Part shown: positions 40,656-51,248 of the stretch, one piece after another
Layout of the letters: each line of letters starts with the position of its first letter
Numbering within the stretch: the stretch's first letter is position 1
From: Acidimicrobiia bacterium
Lineage (GTDB): Bacteria > Actinomycetota > Acidimicrobiia > Spongiisociales > UBA11373
Reading direction: 5' to 3'
DNA length: 64,000 nucleotides
Assembly (NCBI GenBank): GCA_041572755.1
Contig: JBFFRY010000007.1
Span: 29,928-93,927 of the forward strand
Translations under genes and position numbers: made by a program
Notes under the pieces: model-generated
What the model saw: only the letters and a program-made list of their open reading frames with translations
Databases searched by the model: none
Told to the model about the DNA's origin: nothing

Positions 40656-42857
40656 TCAGTCGGCGGGGTTTTCCCCCGGCCGGTAGACGGCGACCGCGTG
40701 CTCCAGGATCTCGGCGGGCTCGAACCACACCGGTCTGAACCGCTCATCGGCGAAGAGGGGAGCCTGGTCGGCATAGTGGGGCGAGTCCTCGTCGAGGGTC
40801 GCCGAACCGTACTGATGCACGCTGAACGCCGTCATCGCGCCGGCGGCGTCCCACTCCACGGCCAGGATGTAGGCGTCGCCGGCGATGCCGGTGAAGGTTC
40901 CGTCCCGCTCCCGCTCTCCGTAGACGGCCCGCAGCACGTCGGGGGCGCCCTCCACGGCGAGATCGACGTCGCCGCGCCGCAGTCGGTTGACCTCGGCCCA
41001 GGCGGGGTCGACCCTCCCGTGACCGTCGATGAGCCACTCGACCGACTCGGCAAAGGCCTCTTCGAGGACGTCGAAGGGCACCTCCGAGTGGGCCAGTTGG
41101 GACGGGTCGAATTCGATCCGGTCGTCGTCGTCCGTCTCCTCGAACACCCACGACAGGGCTCCCACCATCAGCGCAATGCCGCGGGCATCGAAGCCGGCGC
41201 TGAGATCCCAGGCCCGCAGCGTGTCGAGGGCGGCGCGGACATCCTCGACGTCGACGCCGTGCCGTTCCGAGACACCGTCGGGGTCGATCGAGACCACCAG
41301 CAGGTCCCGCCACCGCGCCACATCGGAATCGGGGTGATAGCGCAGGTCGTGCTTGTAGTCGAGCAGCTCGTCCATCGAGATCGCCGAGTCGCTCCCGAGC
41401 AGCTCCAGGGCCCGCAGCGAGCGATTGGTGGGCCAGTCCTCGATTCCCAGGGTCGCCGACCAGCCACCGGGGTCGGGATCGTCGCCGGTGCCGGTGGTCT
41501 GCCACGGGGTCGAGTTGGCGTTCTGAACGAACCCGGCGGCGGGGTCGAGCACCCGGGGGAGTGCCTCGAAGGGGAGGTAGTCGGTCCACAGCGTCTCTGC
41601 GGTGTCGCCGGGGAGGTACTGCGACCAGTCGTAGTGTTCGTCGCGGATCGGGACCAGGGCGTGGTAGCCGTAGAAGATCCGCCCGGTGCGGTCGGCGTAG
41701 CCGACGTTGAAGGTCGGCAGCCCGCTCTGGTCCCCCAGCGGGGCGCTCCACTCCTCGAACGTCTCGGCGTTGCCCATCCGGAACAGCTGCTCGTAGATGC
41801 CGGCGAGCCCCATCCCGGCGTAGCGGACCGCATAGGTCCCGTGGGGGCGGCGAATCGCCGGCCCGTAGGGCGTCCACAAGGCTTCCCGGGTCACGGTCCA
41901 GCGGAACCGTCCCGCGATCCGAACCCGGATCGGCACGTCCCAGGTCTCGAACTCCCGCCACTCGCCCTCGAAGCGGTAGCGACCCTCGTCGTCGGGATCG
42001 ACTTCCAGGCGGAACACGTCGACGAGGTCGGGGTGGTTCACGGTGAAGGACCAGGCCAGGTGGCCGTTGGTGCCCAGCGCGAAGACCGGCATTCCGGGGA
42101 AGAGGGCGCCGCTGAAATGCCAGCCCTCATCGGAGTGGACGTTGGCCTCGTACCACGCCACCGGTCCGTCCCAGGGCTGATGGCTGTTCGAGAGGAACAG
42201 GGTGCTTCCGTTCTCCGAGCGACTGGGAGCCACCGCCATCACGTTGGACCCGTAGGCCCCGAAGCGGGGCGACACCTCCGAGGCCGGCTCGTCGTCGAAC
42301 AACTCGATGAGGGTCTCCTCGAGCCCGAAGAACAGCGGCGACTTGTGCACCGAGCCGGCCACGATGTCGCGTCCGGTCAGGGGAAACAGGCCCTTGAGGG
42401 CCTCATCGGGATGAAGGGCGGCGTAGTGGTTGACGCCGTCGGCGTAGGCCTCGCAGATGGCCCGCACCTCGGGTGACAAATCGGTCTCGTAGCGCTCCTC
42501 GACGGTCTCCCAAACCCGCAGCAAGCCCACTAGATAGTCGTTGGGGGCGGCGTCCTTCCCGTAGATGGTGGCCAGCTTGCCCCGGGCGGCGAGCGCCGAC
42601 TGCTGGATCGTGAGGAAGTCGTCCTCGGCGTGGGCGAACGCCAGCCCGTAGGCGACGTCGACGTTGCGGGGCCCGAGGATGAAGGGGACCCCGAACTCGT
42701 CGCGGACGATCTGGACGTCGTAGCGATCGGCCGCGGCGTCGAGGCCCTCGACTTCACCGGCGGCCGACTCGGGCCAGAACACCCACAGGGCGAGGCCGCC
42801 GAGGATGACGGCGAGGCCGCCGAGAGTCCACAGCAGACGGCGCAGCCAGCGTCGCAC
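40656..42857 (-). CDS. Penicillin-acylase-family Ntn-hydrolase (secreted)
   Basis: 733 aa. Signal/TM at the N-terminus. ...GAYGSNVMAVAPSRSENGSTLFLSNSHQPW... nucleophile region. Confidence 0.7.
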   Translation of the reverse strand: MRRWLRRLLWTLGGLAVILGGLALWVFWPESAAGEVEGLDAAADRYDVQIVRDEFGVPFILGPRNVDVAYGLAFAHAEDDFLTIQQSALAARGKLATIYGKDAAPNDYLVGLLRVWETVEERYETDLSPEVRAICEAYADGVNHYAALHPDEALKGLFPLTGRDIVAGSVHKSPLFFGLEETLIELFDDEPASEVSPRFGAYGSNVMAVAPSRSENGSTLFLSNSHQPWDGPVAWYEANVHSDEGWHFSGALFPGMPVFALGTNGHLAWSFTVNHPDLVDVFRLEVDPDDEGRYRFEGEWREFETWDVPIRVRIAGRFRWTVTREALWTPYGPAIRRPHGTYAVRYAGMGLAGIYEQLFRMGNAETFEEWSAPLGDQSGLPTFNVGYADRTGRIFYGYHALVPIRDEHYDWSQYLPGDTAETLWTDYLPFEALPRVLDPAAGFVQNANSTPWQTTGTGDDPDPGGWSATLGIEDWPTNRSLRALELLGSDSAISMDELLDYKHDLRYHPDSDVARWRDLLVVSIDPDGVSERHGVDVEDVRAALDTLRAWDLSAGFDARGIALMVGALSWVFEETDDDDRIEFDPSQLAHSEVPFDVLEEAFAESVEWLIDGHGRVDPAWAEVNRLRRGDVDLAVEGAPDVLRAVYGERERDGTFTGIAGDAYILAVEWDAAGAMTAFSVHQYGSATLDEDSPHYADQAPLFADERFRPVWFEPAEILEHAVAVYRPGENPAD

Positions 42858-43033
42858 CCGGCCGATTCTGGCAGCAAGCAGGCGGCGGTGACTCTCAGAA
42901 GGAAACGACGGCCGGATCCCCTAGCCCCGAACCTATGGCATCATGCGCCCCTCCCGCCGGACGGCGGTTGGTGATCCCCGGGTCATGAGCCGTTCACACG
43001 CGTTCCGAGAGGCATCGACGATGCAGCATCGGA

Positions 43034-43879
43034 GTGTCCCTCGGACGAGGTCGACGGCGCCACGGGGGAATCCCCATCACGGCCGTGACGTTCATTCTCC
43101 GGCCGACACAGATTCACATTCAGGAATGGGCCGATGATTTCGATAAACAACCGATGGCCATTGCAGCCGACGAAGCACCCATGGAGGCCCAGCCGCGCCT
43201 CGACGACATCACCATGGCTCCGCCGCCCGGTGAGGAGAGTCGCATGACGACCGGCGTCATCAACCTGCCGCGGATCCGTTCCATGATCCGCCACGCGACC
43301 CCCCACGTCTTGGAGGGCACGGTGCTGCCGGTGGTGGTCTTCTACATCGCTCTCTTCCTGAGCGGCATCTGGGGCGCCATCGTGGCCGCGCTCGTCTGGT
43401 CCTACCTCGGGTTGGCTCGCCGGGCCGTCTCCGGCAAGCGGGTGAGCGGGCTGCTGTTGATCACGGCACTGACGCTGACGGTGCGATTCATGATCTCGGC
43501 GTTCAGCGGCAGTGTGGTCGTCTACTTCCTGCAGCCCGCCATCGCCAAGGTGGCGTTGGCGGCCACCTTCATGATCTCGCTGCGGACGGGGGAGCCGATG
43601 CTGCAGCGACTCGCCGGTGACGTGATGCCCATGGACGAGTCGTTGACCTCCCGCCCCTGCATTCGGCGCTACTTCACTCAGATCACCATTCTGTGGTCGC
43701 TGCTGCTGGTCGGTCATGCCCTGCTCGGCGTGTGGCTGGTTTTCACGGTCAGCGTCGAGACCTACGTCCTGGTGAAGACGATCCTCAACGTGGCCGTCAA
43801 GGGCGGGGCCATCTTGCTGTCGATCGTGATGTTCCGCAGACTCCTGCGGCGCCGGGGCTTCGCCATCACCTACACCTGA
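43034..43879 (+). CDS. Hypothetical polytopic membrane protein (start uncertain, possibly near 43244)
   Basis: Multiple hydrophobic helices. No family recognised with confidence. Confidence 0.35.
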   Translation: MSLGRGRRRHGGIPITAVTFILRPTQIHIQEWADDFDKQPMAIAADEAPMEAQPRLDDITMAPPPGEESRMTTGVINLPRIRSMIRHATPHVLEGTVLPVVVFYIALFLSGIWGAIVAALVWSYLGLARRAVSGKRVSGLLLITALTLTVRFMISAFSGSVVVYFLQPAIAKVALAATFMISLRTGEPMLQRLAGDVMPMDESLTSRPCIRRYFTQITILWSLLLVGHALLGVWLVFTVSVETYVLVKTILNVAVKGGAILLSIVMFRRLLRRRGFAITYT

Positions 43880-44183
43880 TCGACGGCGGGAAACCTGACG
43901 ATCGCTCGAGTCCCCCGAGGCTCATTGAGCTCGAGCGCTGCGGTCCGACGCCACCCGTGCCCGCCCCGGCGGCTCGGAGGGTTGGCGGCCACCTTCACCG
44001 GCCTCGCCCCGGTCGGCCCGGCGCTCGACGACTACGTCGAGTTCGGATTCCGGGAGCTCTTCGTGCCGTTTGCGTCGTCGTGGCGGGCGTAGATGGGGTA
44101 GGGGTCGCGGCGGAATTCGCTGCCCGAGAACATCTCGACGCGGTAGTCGTGCTTTCAGTATCGATCTGTGTCAATATGAATCC

Positions 44184-44504
44184 ATGGATCGCGTCATTGT
44201 GGAGTGCTGCGCTCCCATCCTCGATGAGCCGTTGAGCTCGGAGGAAGCCGAACGGTTGGCCGGGTGGATGAAGGTCCTCGCCGACCCGGCCCGGCTTCGG
44301 CTGCTGAGCCTGATCGCCGCCGCAGGTGAGGCGTGCGCCTGCGATCTGGTGGAACCCATCGGTGTGGCCCAACCGACGGTGAGCCACCATCTCAAGGTGC
44401 TGACCGAGGCGGGTCTCGTGGAGCGCGAGCGACGGGGCCGCTGGGCCTTCTATCGCCCCGTGCCCGAACGCATGGCGATCCTCGCCAGGGCCCTCGGCGG
44501 ATAG
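44184..44504 (+). CDS. ArsR/SmtB-family transcriptional regulator
   Basis: ...LADPARLRLLSLIAAAGEACACDLVEPIGVAQPTVSHHLKVLTEAGLV... Confidence 0.75.
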   Translation: MDRVIVECCAPILDEPLSSEEAERLAGWMKVLADPARLRLLSLIAAAGEACACDLVEPIGVAQPTVSHHLKVLTEAGLVERERRGRWAFYRPVPERMAILARALGG

Positions 44505-44579
44505 ACCTCACGATTCGCTAACACTCTTCGAACAGGTCGCAGTCACCATGGTCGGCGAACAGCAACGATCGGAGTTCGC

Positions 44580-45188
44580 ATGAAGAGATCGCTCAAGATC
44601 GTCCTCGTCGTTCTGGTGGTCGCCGCCCTCGCCGTTGGTGGTGTTGCCCTGGCGCAGACGGGCGGCGACGATGACTTCGCCGATCATCCCGGCTACCGGC
44701 ACATGGTGGGCCTCCTCTCCGATCTGGTCGATCAGGGTGTGATCAGCCAGGCACAGGCCGAAGTGGTGGCGGAGCACCTGGTTCTCAACGCTCACCGGCC
44801 GGGCCGACCCGGCGTACCCCACGGGCGGGGTATCGATCTGCTCGAGGAAGCCGCCGACATACTCAACATGACGGTGGCAGACCTTCGGGAGCAGTTGAGG
44901 GCGGGATCGACCCTGGCCGAGATCGCCGGCGGTCAGAAGGGCGCGTTGATCGCCCAGCTGGTGGAAGCCGCCGAAGCCGAGGTCGAGGCGGCGTTCGATG
45001 AAGGCAAGATCACGGAGGAGCAACGGGACCGGGCCCTCGAGACGGTCGCCGAACGGATCGCTCGGTTCGTGGAGGAGGGACCTCGCCGCCCGGGACCCCG
45101 ATCCCACGGCCCGCATGGTGGTCCCGGCTTTGGAGGCCGGGGAGGCCCGCGATTCGGCCCCGGCATCGGCCCGGGACCCGGGACCTAG
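44580..45188 (+). CDS. Secreted hypothetical protein (signal peptide, Gly/Pro-rich C-terminus)
   Basis: MKRSLKIVLVVLVVAALAVGGVALAQ... Confidence 0.4.
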   Translation: MKRSLKIVLVVLVVAALAVGGVALAQTGGDDDFADHPGYRHMVGLLSDLVDQGVISQAQAEVVAEHLVLNAHRPGRPGVPHGRGIDLLEEAADILNMTVADLREQLRAGSTLAEIAGGQKGALIAQLVEAAEAEVEAAFDEGKITEEQRDRALETVAERIARFVEEGPRRPGPRSHGPHGGPGFGGRGGPRFGPGIGPGPGT

Positions 45189-45230
45189 CGCAGCGAGCCG
45201 CCGACTGGAACGGGGCCCTTCGGGCCCCGT

Positions 45231-46715
45231 TCACGCGTCGTAGAGATGGTCGAGGTAGCGCTCGAGGAGGTCCTCGACGACCCCGCGTACCGGGAACGAG
45301 GCGGCCATGCCGTAGAGAGGCACGCCTCCCTCGGTTCCCGCCGAGTCGGCGGCTTCGTCGGCCGCTCCGGCGAGATCGGTCAGGAAGCGTTCGGCGACGC
45401 CATCGACGGTGTGGCGCAGCGTGACGGCCAGGTGGATCGCCGGGGGTCGCTGAAGACCGTTGAGGCTCCATCCCCGGGCCGACATCGATTCCATGATCCT
45501 GTAGATGTCGGCTCGGTCGCTGGCGAAGGCGATCACCCACAGGGGGTCCCCGAGAACCCGCATTCCCTCCATGGCGCCGATGCCGTCCTTGATCACCGCC
45601 GCCGTCTCCAGGATGCACCTGGTGGCATCGAGATAGCCCTGCTCCCCGGTGGCGACCATCGCCGCCCAGCAGGCGGCGCTCAGCCCGCCCGGACGGCTTC
45701 CGGCCAGGGTTGGTGAGGCATAGAGCCCGCCGGGCCAGTCGGCCGAGGTGAAGTACTGGTGGCGCCGCAACGCCCGGTCGCGGTAGAGGACGACCGAGGT
45801 GCCCTTGGCCGCATACCCGTACTTGTGGGTGTCGGCCGACATCGAGGTGACACCCTCGACCCGGAAGTCGAAGGGCTCCACGTCGTGTCCGAGACGTTCC
45901 GCCCAGGGGAGGAGGAAACCGCCGAGGCAGGCGTCGACGTGCATCCCGATTCCCCGTTCGGCGGCCACGGCGGCAAGATCGGCGATCGGGTCGACGACGC
46001 CGTGGGCGAACGAAGGGGCCGATCCGACCACGACGGCCGTGTTGCGCGTCACGGCCTCGGCCATGGCGGCCGGGTCGGCTCGGAAGCCGTCGTCCACCGG
46101 GACGCGAACGGGGACGAGCCCGAAGTACTCGGCGGCCTTGTCGAACGCGGCGTGGGCGGTGACCGGGATCACTATCTCGGGTCGGGCGATGCCGCGGTCA
46201 GTCCGGGCCCGGTCCCGGTAGGCCTTCATGGCGAGGAGGATCGACTCGGTTCCACCCGACGTCACCGTTCCCACCGCGCCGGCACCGTTGAGCATGTGAG
46301 CGGTCATCGAGACGATGTCGGCCTCGAAGCGGACGGTGCTCGGCCACAGGTCGGCGTGGAGCGGGTTGCTCTGGGAGTGAAGCCCGTAGGCCGCGTTGAG
46401 GAACCCCACATGCTCGGGGTCGCCGTGATAGACCGCCCCCGACGCATACCCCGCCGCCCAGCGCCGCTCCTCGCCCTCGAGCGCAGTCCGCATCACCTCG
46501 AGGAGCGCTTGGCGGTCGCGCCCCTCCGTCGGAAGGCGGGGCGACTCCGGCAGCCCGGCCGGACGGAGCTCCTCCATCACGGAAGCCAGCATCTCGTCGT
46601 ATTCCTGCTCGATGCGGCGGGCCACCGGGGGCAGGCGCTTGAGACCCCGGTAGAGGGCTGCTGCGAGACCCGACGGCAGGCGCGCCAGCGCCCGTTGGAC
46701 GCGTTCCAGATCCAT
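45231..46715 (-). CDS. PLP-dependent decarboxylase (group II / sphingosine-1-phosphate-lyase-like)
   Basis: 494 aa. ...[17 protein letters not shown]...[17 protein letters not shown]... Confidence 0.65.
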   Translation of the reverse strand: MDLERVQRALARLPSGLAAALYRGLKRLPPVARRIEQEYDEMLASVMEELRPAGLPESPRLPTEGRDRQALLEVMRTALEGEERRWAAGYASGAVYHGDPEHVGFLNAAYGLHSQSNPLHADLWPSTVRFEADIVSMTAHMLNGAGAVGTVTSGGTESILLAMKAYRDRARTDRGIARPEIVIPVTAHAAFDKAAEYFGLVPVRVPVDDGFRADPAAMAEAVTRNTAVVVGSAPSFAHGVVDPIADLAAVAAERGIGMHVDACLGGFLLPWAERLGHDVEPFDFRVEGVTSMSADTHKYGYAAKGTSVVLYRDRALRRHQYFTSADWPGGLYASPTLAGSRPGGLSAACWAAMVATGEQGYLDATRCILETAAVIKDGIGAMEGMRVLGDPLWVIAFASDRADIYRIMESMSARGWSLNGLQRPPAIHLAVTLRHTVDGVAERFLTDLAGAADEAADSAGTEGGVPLYGMAASFPVRGVVEDLLERYLDHLYDA

Positions 46716-46724
46716 GAACCAACG

Positions 46725-48272
46725 CTACGCCGGCGGGTTGATCCGTGCGAAGAGGCGTCGGTTGGTGCGGTGGATCCGGCGGAAGACGTCGAAAGCCCGG
46801 TCGTAGACCTCACGGTGAGCGCCATCCGGCTCGTACGTCTCGGCGATCGGGATGAGGCTCTCGATGTCGTCTGCCCCGATGTGGCCGAGCGCCGCGTGAG
46901 CGAGGAGCCCGACCCCCCGAACGTTCACGAGGATCGGGTCGCGGGCACGCCGGATCGTGCGGCCCAGGACGTCGGCGTGGATCCGGCACCACAGCTCGCT
47001 CTGCGCACCACCCCCGGCCATGGTGATCGAGTCGAGCGTCCGCCCCGTGAAATGCTCCACCGCTCCGAGGAGCCAGCGCCCATTCAGGGCAACCCCCTCG
47101 AAGACCGAGCGCACCAGCTCGGATCGGCCGGTGTCGAGCGACACGTTGAAGAAGCCACCCCGGAGGGAGGAGTCCTCGACCGGTGTTCGCTCACCGTTCA
47201 GCCAGGGGGTGAAGACGATGCCCCCCGCCCCGGGGGACGATTCGGCTGCCGCCTCGTTGAGTTCTGCGTAGGCCTCGGGTCGGTCTCGTGCCGGATGGAG
47301 CACGTCGGCGAGGTGATCGATGCAGGCCCCCGCCGTTTCCTGCTCGTTGGCGATGAAATACCGGCTTGGGATCGGGGAGGGCAGGGAGGCGATGTTGCGG
47401 ACCACGTCGGTCTTCTTGAAGGGAACGTGACACGAGATCCACGACGACGTGCCCACGTAGAGGTGGGGGACGAAGGGGGCGACCGCTCCCGATCCGATCC
47501 CGGCCGAATGGAGATCCGGGGAGCCGCCCGTGACCGGGATACCCGCCCGAACCCCGAGGTGTTCCGCCGCGTCGCGTCGCAACGGCCCGACGATCTCGGT
47601 GGCCGGGATCAGGGGCGGGAGTTTGGCCCTCTCGATGCCGGCCATCCGGAGCAGGCCGCCGTCGTAGCGAACTGCGTCGGGATCGCGGTTGTCGGTGATC
47701 CAATGGAGCGCGATCGAATCGAAGGTCGCCACGCTCCGCCCGGTGAGGCGAAGGTTGAGGTAGTCCTTGGGCTCGAGGAACGTCTCCGCCGCTCGGTAGA
47801 GATCGGGGTGACGGGTCTTGAGCCAGAGGATGTGGGCGATCGGGTCCTTGCCCGACTTACCCGGGGCACCACCCGTGAGGCGGATCCACCGCAGCACCTT
47901 GCCGACGGAGTACCCCTCGAAGCGGATCGGGCCGCGGATCACGCGGCGGATCTCTGCGGCCCCGCGGTGGTCGAGCCAGATGATGGCGTTGCCGAGGGCC
48001 TCGCCTCGAGCCACGGGCACGGTGCCGGACCATTGGCTCGTGACCGCGACGACGGATACCGCGGCAGCTTCGGCGGGATGCGCCTCCGCCACCCGGCGGG
48101 ACGCGGTTCCGATCGCTTGCCACCAGTCGTCGGGGACCTGCTCGGCGCCCCCATCGGGACTGAGGATGAGGCGGGTAGGAGCAAAGACCCCTCCGAGGGC
48201 CGTGCCGTCGTCGGCAACCAGCGCAACCTTGGGTCCGTGGGTGCCGAGGTCGACGGCAAGCGCCCATTGCAT
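46725..48272 (-). CDS. FGGY-family carbohydrate kinase
   Basis: Track ORF 46725..48605 trimmed to MQWALAVDLGTHGPKVALV... Confidence 0.7.
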   Translation of the reverse strand: MQWALAVDLGTHGPKVALVADDGTALGGVFAPTRLILSPDGGAEQVPDDWWQAIGTASRRVAEAHPAEAAAVSVVAVTSQWSGTVPVARGEALGNAIIWLDHRGAAEIRRVIRGPIRFEGYSVGKVLRWIRLTGGAPGKSGKDPIAHILWLKTRHPDLYRAAETFLEPKDYLNLRLTGRSVATFDSIALHWITDNRDPDAVRYDGGLLRMAGIERAKLPPLIPATEIVGPLRRDAAEHLGVRAGIPVTGGSPDLHSAGIGSGAVAPFVPHLYVGTSSWISCHVPFKKTDVVRNIASLPSPIPSRYFIANEQETAGACIDHLADVLHPARDRPEAYAELNEAAAESSPGAGGIVFTPWLNGERTPVEDSSLRGGFFNVSLDTGRSELVRSVFEGVALNGRWLLGAVEHFTGRTLDSITMAGGGAQSELWCRIHADVLGRTIRRARDPILVNVRGVGLLAHAALGHIGADDIESLIPIAETYEPDGAHREVYDRAFDVFRRIHRTNRRLFARINPPA

Positions 48273-48307
48273 GGGTGAAACGTACCGGGATCGTCTCCCC
48301 GTCGCGC

Positions 48308-48790
48308 CTAGTCGTCGGTGGTGATCAGCACGCCGCCCATCCGCACCACCGCCTCGATGTCGACGCGGGGACCGTCCTCGGGGAGGTCCACCGGGGGCGG
48401 GGTCCGCACCTCGACCTGACCGGCGACCGTGTCGACCGACACGTCGACCCGCCACGTCTCGGGGACGATGACGCGGATGCCTCCGAGGACCGCGCGGAGC
48501 GACAGTTCGCCCCCGGCCGGGTCCGGCGTGGTGTCTCGCAGGTCGATATCGATGCCGCCGAGCACGGCGGTGGCCCGGCCGGCACGGAAGATCGGCGCCC
48601 GGCACTCGAGGTTTCGTATCTCCCAGATGGCGGCGAGGCGGAAGTCGCCGCTGGCGGTGTCGGCGCTCCGCTCCAGTGCCCGTGAGACGGCCATGGCGAC
48701 GACCCGCAGGATCGTGGAGGCCACGACGATCTTCATGAGGGTTCGACCGATGCGTCTCACCTCATCGAGAGTAGTGCCGGCGGCGGTCAC
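48308..48790 (-). CDS. Hypothetical protein
   Basis: 160 aa. Weak resemblance to a LiaF-like C-terminal domain. Not confident. Confidence 0.35.
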   Translation of the reverse strand: MTAAGTTLDEVRRIGRTLMKIVVASTILRVVAMAVSRALERSADTASGDFRLAAIWEIRNLECRAPIFRAGRATAVLGGIDIDLRDTTPDPAGGELSLRAVLGGIRVIVPETWRVDVSVDTVAGQVEVRTPPPVDLPEDGPRVDIEAVVRMGGVLITTDD

Positions 48791-48809
48791 CGGCTCCTAG
48801 GCTCGGGTC

Positions 48810-49292
48810 ATGGATCTCCTCTGGGCAGGGTGGCGCAGCGACTACGTGAGGTCGGTCGGCGACGACGACACCGGCGGGTGTCTCTTCTGCCGTCTCCCCG
48901 AGTTCCCGGATGCCGAAGGGCTCATCCTCGAACGCGGCGAGACGGCATTCAGCGTGCTCAACCGATACCCCTACACGACCGGCCATCTGATGGTGACGCA
49001 GTATCGACATGTGGCCGGGCTCGAGGATCTGCAACCGGCCGAGCGTGCCGAGGTGTGGGAGCTGCTCGAGCGGGGCCGGCGGGCACTCGTCGCGGCGATG
49101 GCGCCCCACGGTTTCAACCTGGGCGCCAATCTGGGGAGGGTGAGCGGGGCCGGGATCCCCGATCACCTTCATTTCCATCTCGTCCCGAGGTGGTCCGGGG
49201 ACACCAACTTCATGACCAGCGTCGGCGAGACTCGAGTCGTCCCAGAGGATCTCGGCGACACCTGGGAACGGTTGCGCCGGTCCCTGGGCTAG
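48810..49292 (+). CDS. HIT-family (histidine triad) nucleotide hydrolase/transferase
   Basis: ...GIPDHLHFHLVPRW... HxHxH motif. Confidence 0.7.
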   Translation: MDLLWAGWRSDYVRSVGDDDTGGCLFCRLPEFPDAEGLILERGETAFSVLNRYPYTTGHLMVTQYRHVAGLEDLQPAERAEVWELLERGRRALVAAMAPHGFNLGANLGRVSGAGIPDHLHFHLVPRWSGDTNFMTSVGETRVVPEDLGDTWERLRRSLG

Positions 49293-49389
49293 AGGCGAGA
49301 TCGGACCGCCATGACGGTGGCCCACCGTGGCTTCTTCGCGGAAGGTGCTTACGTTGCAGCAGGAGAGTCCACCGGTTGAGGAGAGCGCA

Positions 49390-50253
49390 GTGAGCAGAAG
49401 GATGATGATCGCAGTGGTGGCGGTGGTGCTGGCAGGCACCGTCGCCGTGCCCACCACCGTGGCTCTGGCGCACCGCGACGGCGAAGAGGGAGCCGACAAG
49501 GTCTGCTTCGAGTTCGATGAGCTCGGCCTGCCATCGTTGGGCAGGGGGGAGCGCCCCCTCTTCGACGACTTCGAGGGGGGCCCGCTGTTCGGCGGCGAGC
49601 TCCCGTTCGGCGAGCTCCTGGAGGAACTGGGGGGGATGCTCGAGGAGTTCCCCATCGAAGACTTGATCGCCTACTTGATGGGCGGAGGCGAAGGCCCGTT
49701 CGGGTTCTTCGAGGAGTTCGAGGGCGAGCTCCCGGAGGATCTCGAGGGCTTGTTGGATGAGGGGGGCCCGCTGTTCGGCGGCGAGCTCCCGCTCGATGGG
49801 GTCCTGGAGGAGCTGGGGGGGATGCTCGAGGAGTTCCCCATCGAAGACTTGATCGCCTTCTTGATGGGCGGAGGCGAGGGCCCGTTCGGGTTCTTCGAGG
49901 AGTTCGAGGGCGAGCTCCCCTTCGGCGGGCCGCCGCCCCCGCCCGGTGGTCGGGGTCCCTTCGATCTCGGCCCGGGGGAGGGCGTGGTGTGTGTGCCGAC
50001 GCCGGCAGCCCGCGCCGAGACACTCCGGAGCCGGGCGGCCCGGCTGCTGGAGGCGATGCGGGACGCCGGCCTGGACGTCGGCACGGAGTCGATCGAGGTC
50101 GTCGTGCCGGTCTGGGATGAGGACGATCCGGCGGTCACGGAGTTCCTGCGCGACTACCTGACCGGTCGTCCGGTGTCCGGGCCGGTGGAGTCCGGAGTGG
50201 ATCGAGTCGAGTTCCCCCTGGATCTCGGCGACCTCACCGAGGAGAGCGAGTAG
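49390..50253 (+). CDS. Secreted acidic repeat protein (GTG start after GAGGAG; alternative ATG 49327)
   Basis: Signal peptide MMIAVVAVVLAGTVAVPTTVALA, then two 62-aa Glu/Gly/Phe-rich tandem repeats. Confidence 0.5.
   Translation: MSRRMMIAVVAVVLAGTVAVPTTVALAHRDGEEGADKVCFEFDELGLPSLGRGERPLFDDFEGGPLFGGELPFGELLEELGGMLEEFPIEDLIAYLMGGGEGPFGFFEEFEGELPEDLEGLLDEGGPLFGGELPLDGVLEELGGMLEEFPIEDLIAFLMGGGEGPFGFFEEFEGELPFGGPPPPPGGRGPFDLGPGEGVVCVPTPAARAETLRSRAARLLEAMRDAGLDVGTESIEVVVPVWDEDDPAVTEFLRDYLTGRPVSGPVESGVDRVEFPLDLGDLTEESE
49576..49929 (+). repeat. Two tandem copies of a 186-bp unit (49576-49761 and 49762-~49929), about 90% identical, inside the CDS
   Basis: Direct comparison of the two nucleotide stretches. 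Both encode GGPLFGGELP..LEELGGMLEEFPIEDLIA(Y/F)LMGGGEGPFGFFEEFEGELP. Confidence 0.7.
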
Positions 50254-50370
50254 CCGGGTTCCGGTGGTGGCGGGGCGCCTGCCACCGGGGCGAGCTGCAC
50301 CGTCCGACTGCCGGTCCGTGCCCGGGGCGGTCGGTAGGGTGGTGAGCCGCCGACGTCGGTTTGGAGGCCC

Positions 50371-51147
50371 GTGACCGACTCCCAAGGGTTCCAGTCGTCC
50401 GAGTACCTGTCCTATCGGGACGGGGTGGCCGAGGCCGTGTCCGGCGGGGTGATCGAGGAGGGCTCGGTGTGCATCTTCGTGAACGGGGAGGAGTTGGCCT
50501 CCTTCCTGTGCACCCCCCGGGACCTCGATGAGCTCGCCATCGGGTTCCTGCGATCGGAGGGCTTCATCGATGGGATGGGCGACATCGAGTCGCTCACCCT
50601 GTCGCGGAACGACACTTGCGTGGACGTGATCGTCGCCAAGGAGTTCGTGTCGCCGGTCCGCCGCTTTCTCACCAGCGGATGTGGCGGCGGGGTCACCTTC
50701 GACGATCTGAGCGGCGGACTCGACCCGGTCACCGACGAGGTCGTGCTCTCGCCGGAGCAGATCACCGGGCTCATGCGGCAGCTCAGCGAGGCGTCCGAGC
50801 TGTATCGAGAGGTGCGCGGGGTCCACACCGGGGCGCTGAGTGACGGCGACCGGCTCGTGGTCGTGGCCCAGGACGTGGGCAGGCACAACACCATCGACCG
50901 CCTGTGGGGCAAGGCGATGAAGGCCGGGCTCGATCCCGCCGGCCACGTGCTGGTCAGCTCCGGCCGCATCAGCTCGGAGATGATCACCAAGGCCGCCAAG
51001 ATGCGGATCCCGGTGGCGGTCTCCCGGACCTCGCCGACCAGCCTCTCGGTGCGGCTCGCCGAAGCCTGGAACGTGACGCTCATCGGGTACGCCCGGGGGA
51101 GCCGCTTCCGGGTCTACGCCCACCCGGGACGGATCCGGGCCACCTGA
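50371..51147 (+). CDS. fdhD: Formate dehydrogenase accessory sulfurtransferase
   Basis: 258 aa. ...DIESLTLSRNDTCVDVI...GCGGGVTFDDL...GVHTGAL... Confidence 0.8.
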   Translation: MTDSQGFQSSEYLSYRDGVAEAVSGGVIEEGSVCIFVNGEELASFLCTPRDLDELAIGFLRSEGFIDGMGDIESLTLSRNDTCVDVIVAKEFVSPVRRFLTSGCGGGVTFDDLSGGLDPVTDEVVLSPEQITGLMRQLSEASELYREVRGVHTGALSDGDRLVVVAQDVGRHNTIDRLWGKAMKAGLDPAGHVLVSSGRISSEMITKAAKMRIPVAVSRTSPTSLSVRLAEAWNVTLIGYARGSRFRVYAHPGRIRAT

Positions 51148-51248
51148 AGATCGGGTCGAAAGACCCTCCGAACCGTCCGGGGCCCATGAGTAGCCTTCCC
51201 CCTGATGGTGGACAGGATCTGTCGACGCCCGATCTTGCGGGCGCGCCT

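Noticed and set aside
50262-50290. GC-rich inverted repeat CCGGTGGTGGCGGGGCGCCTGCCACCGG after the repeat-protein gene as an intrinsic terminator
   Set aside because: An imperfect stem with no following U-tract. It might be a weak or factor-dependent terminator, but the sequence alone does not support a call.
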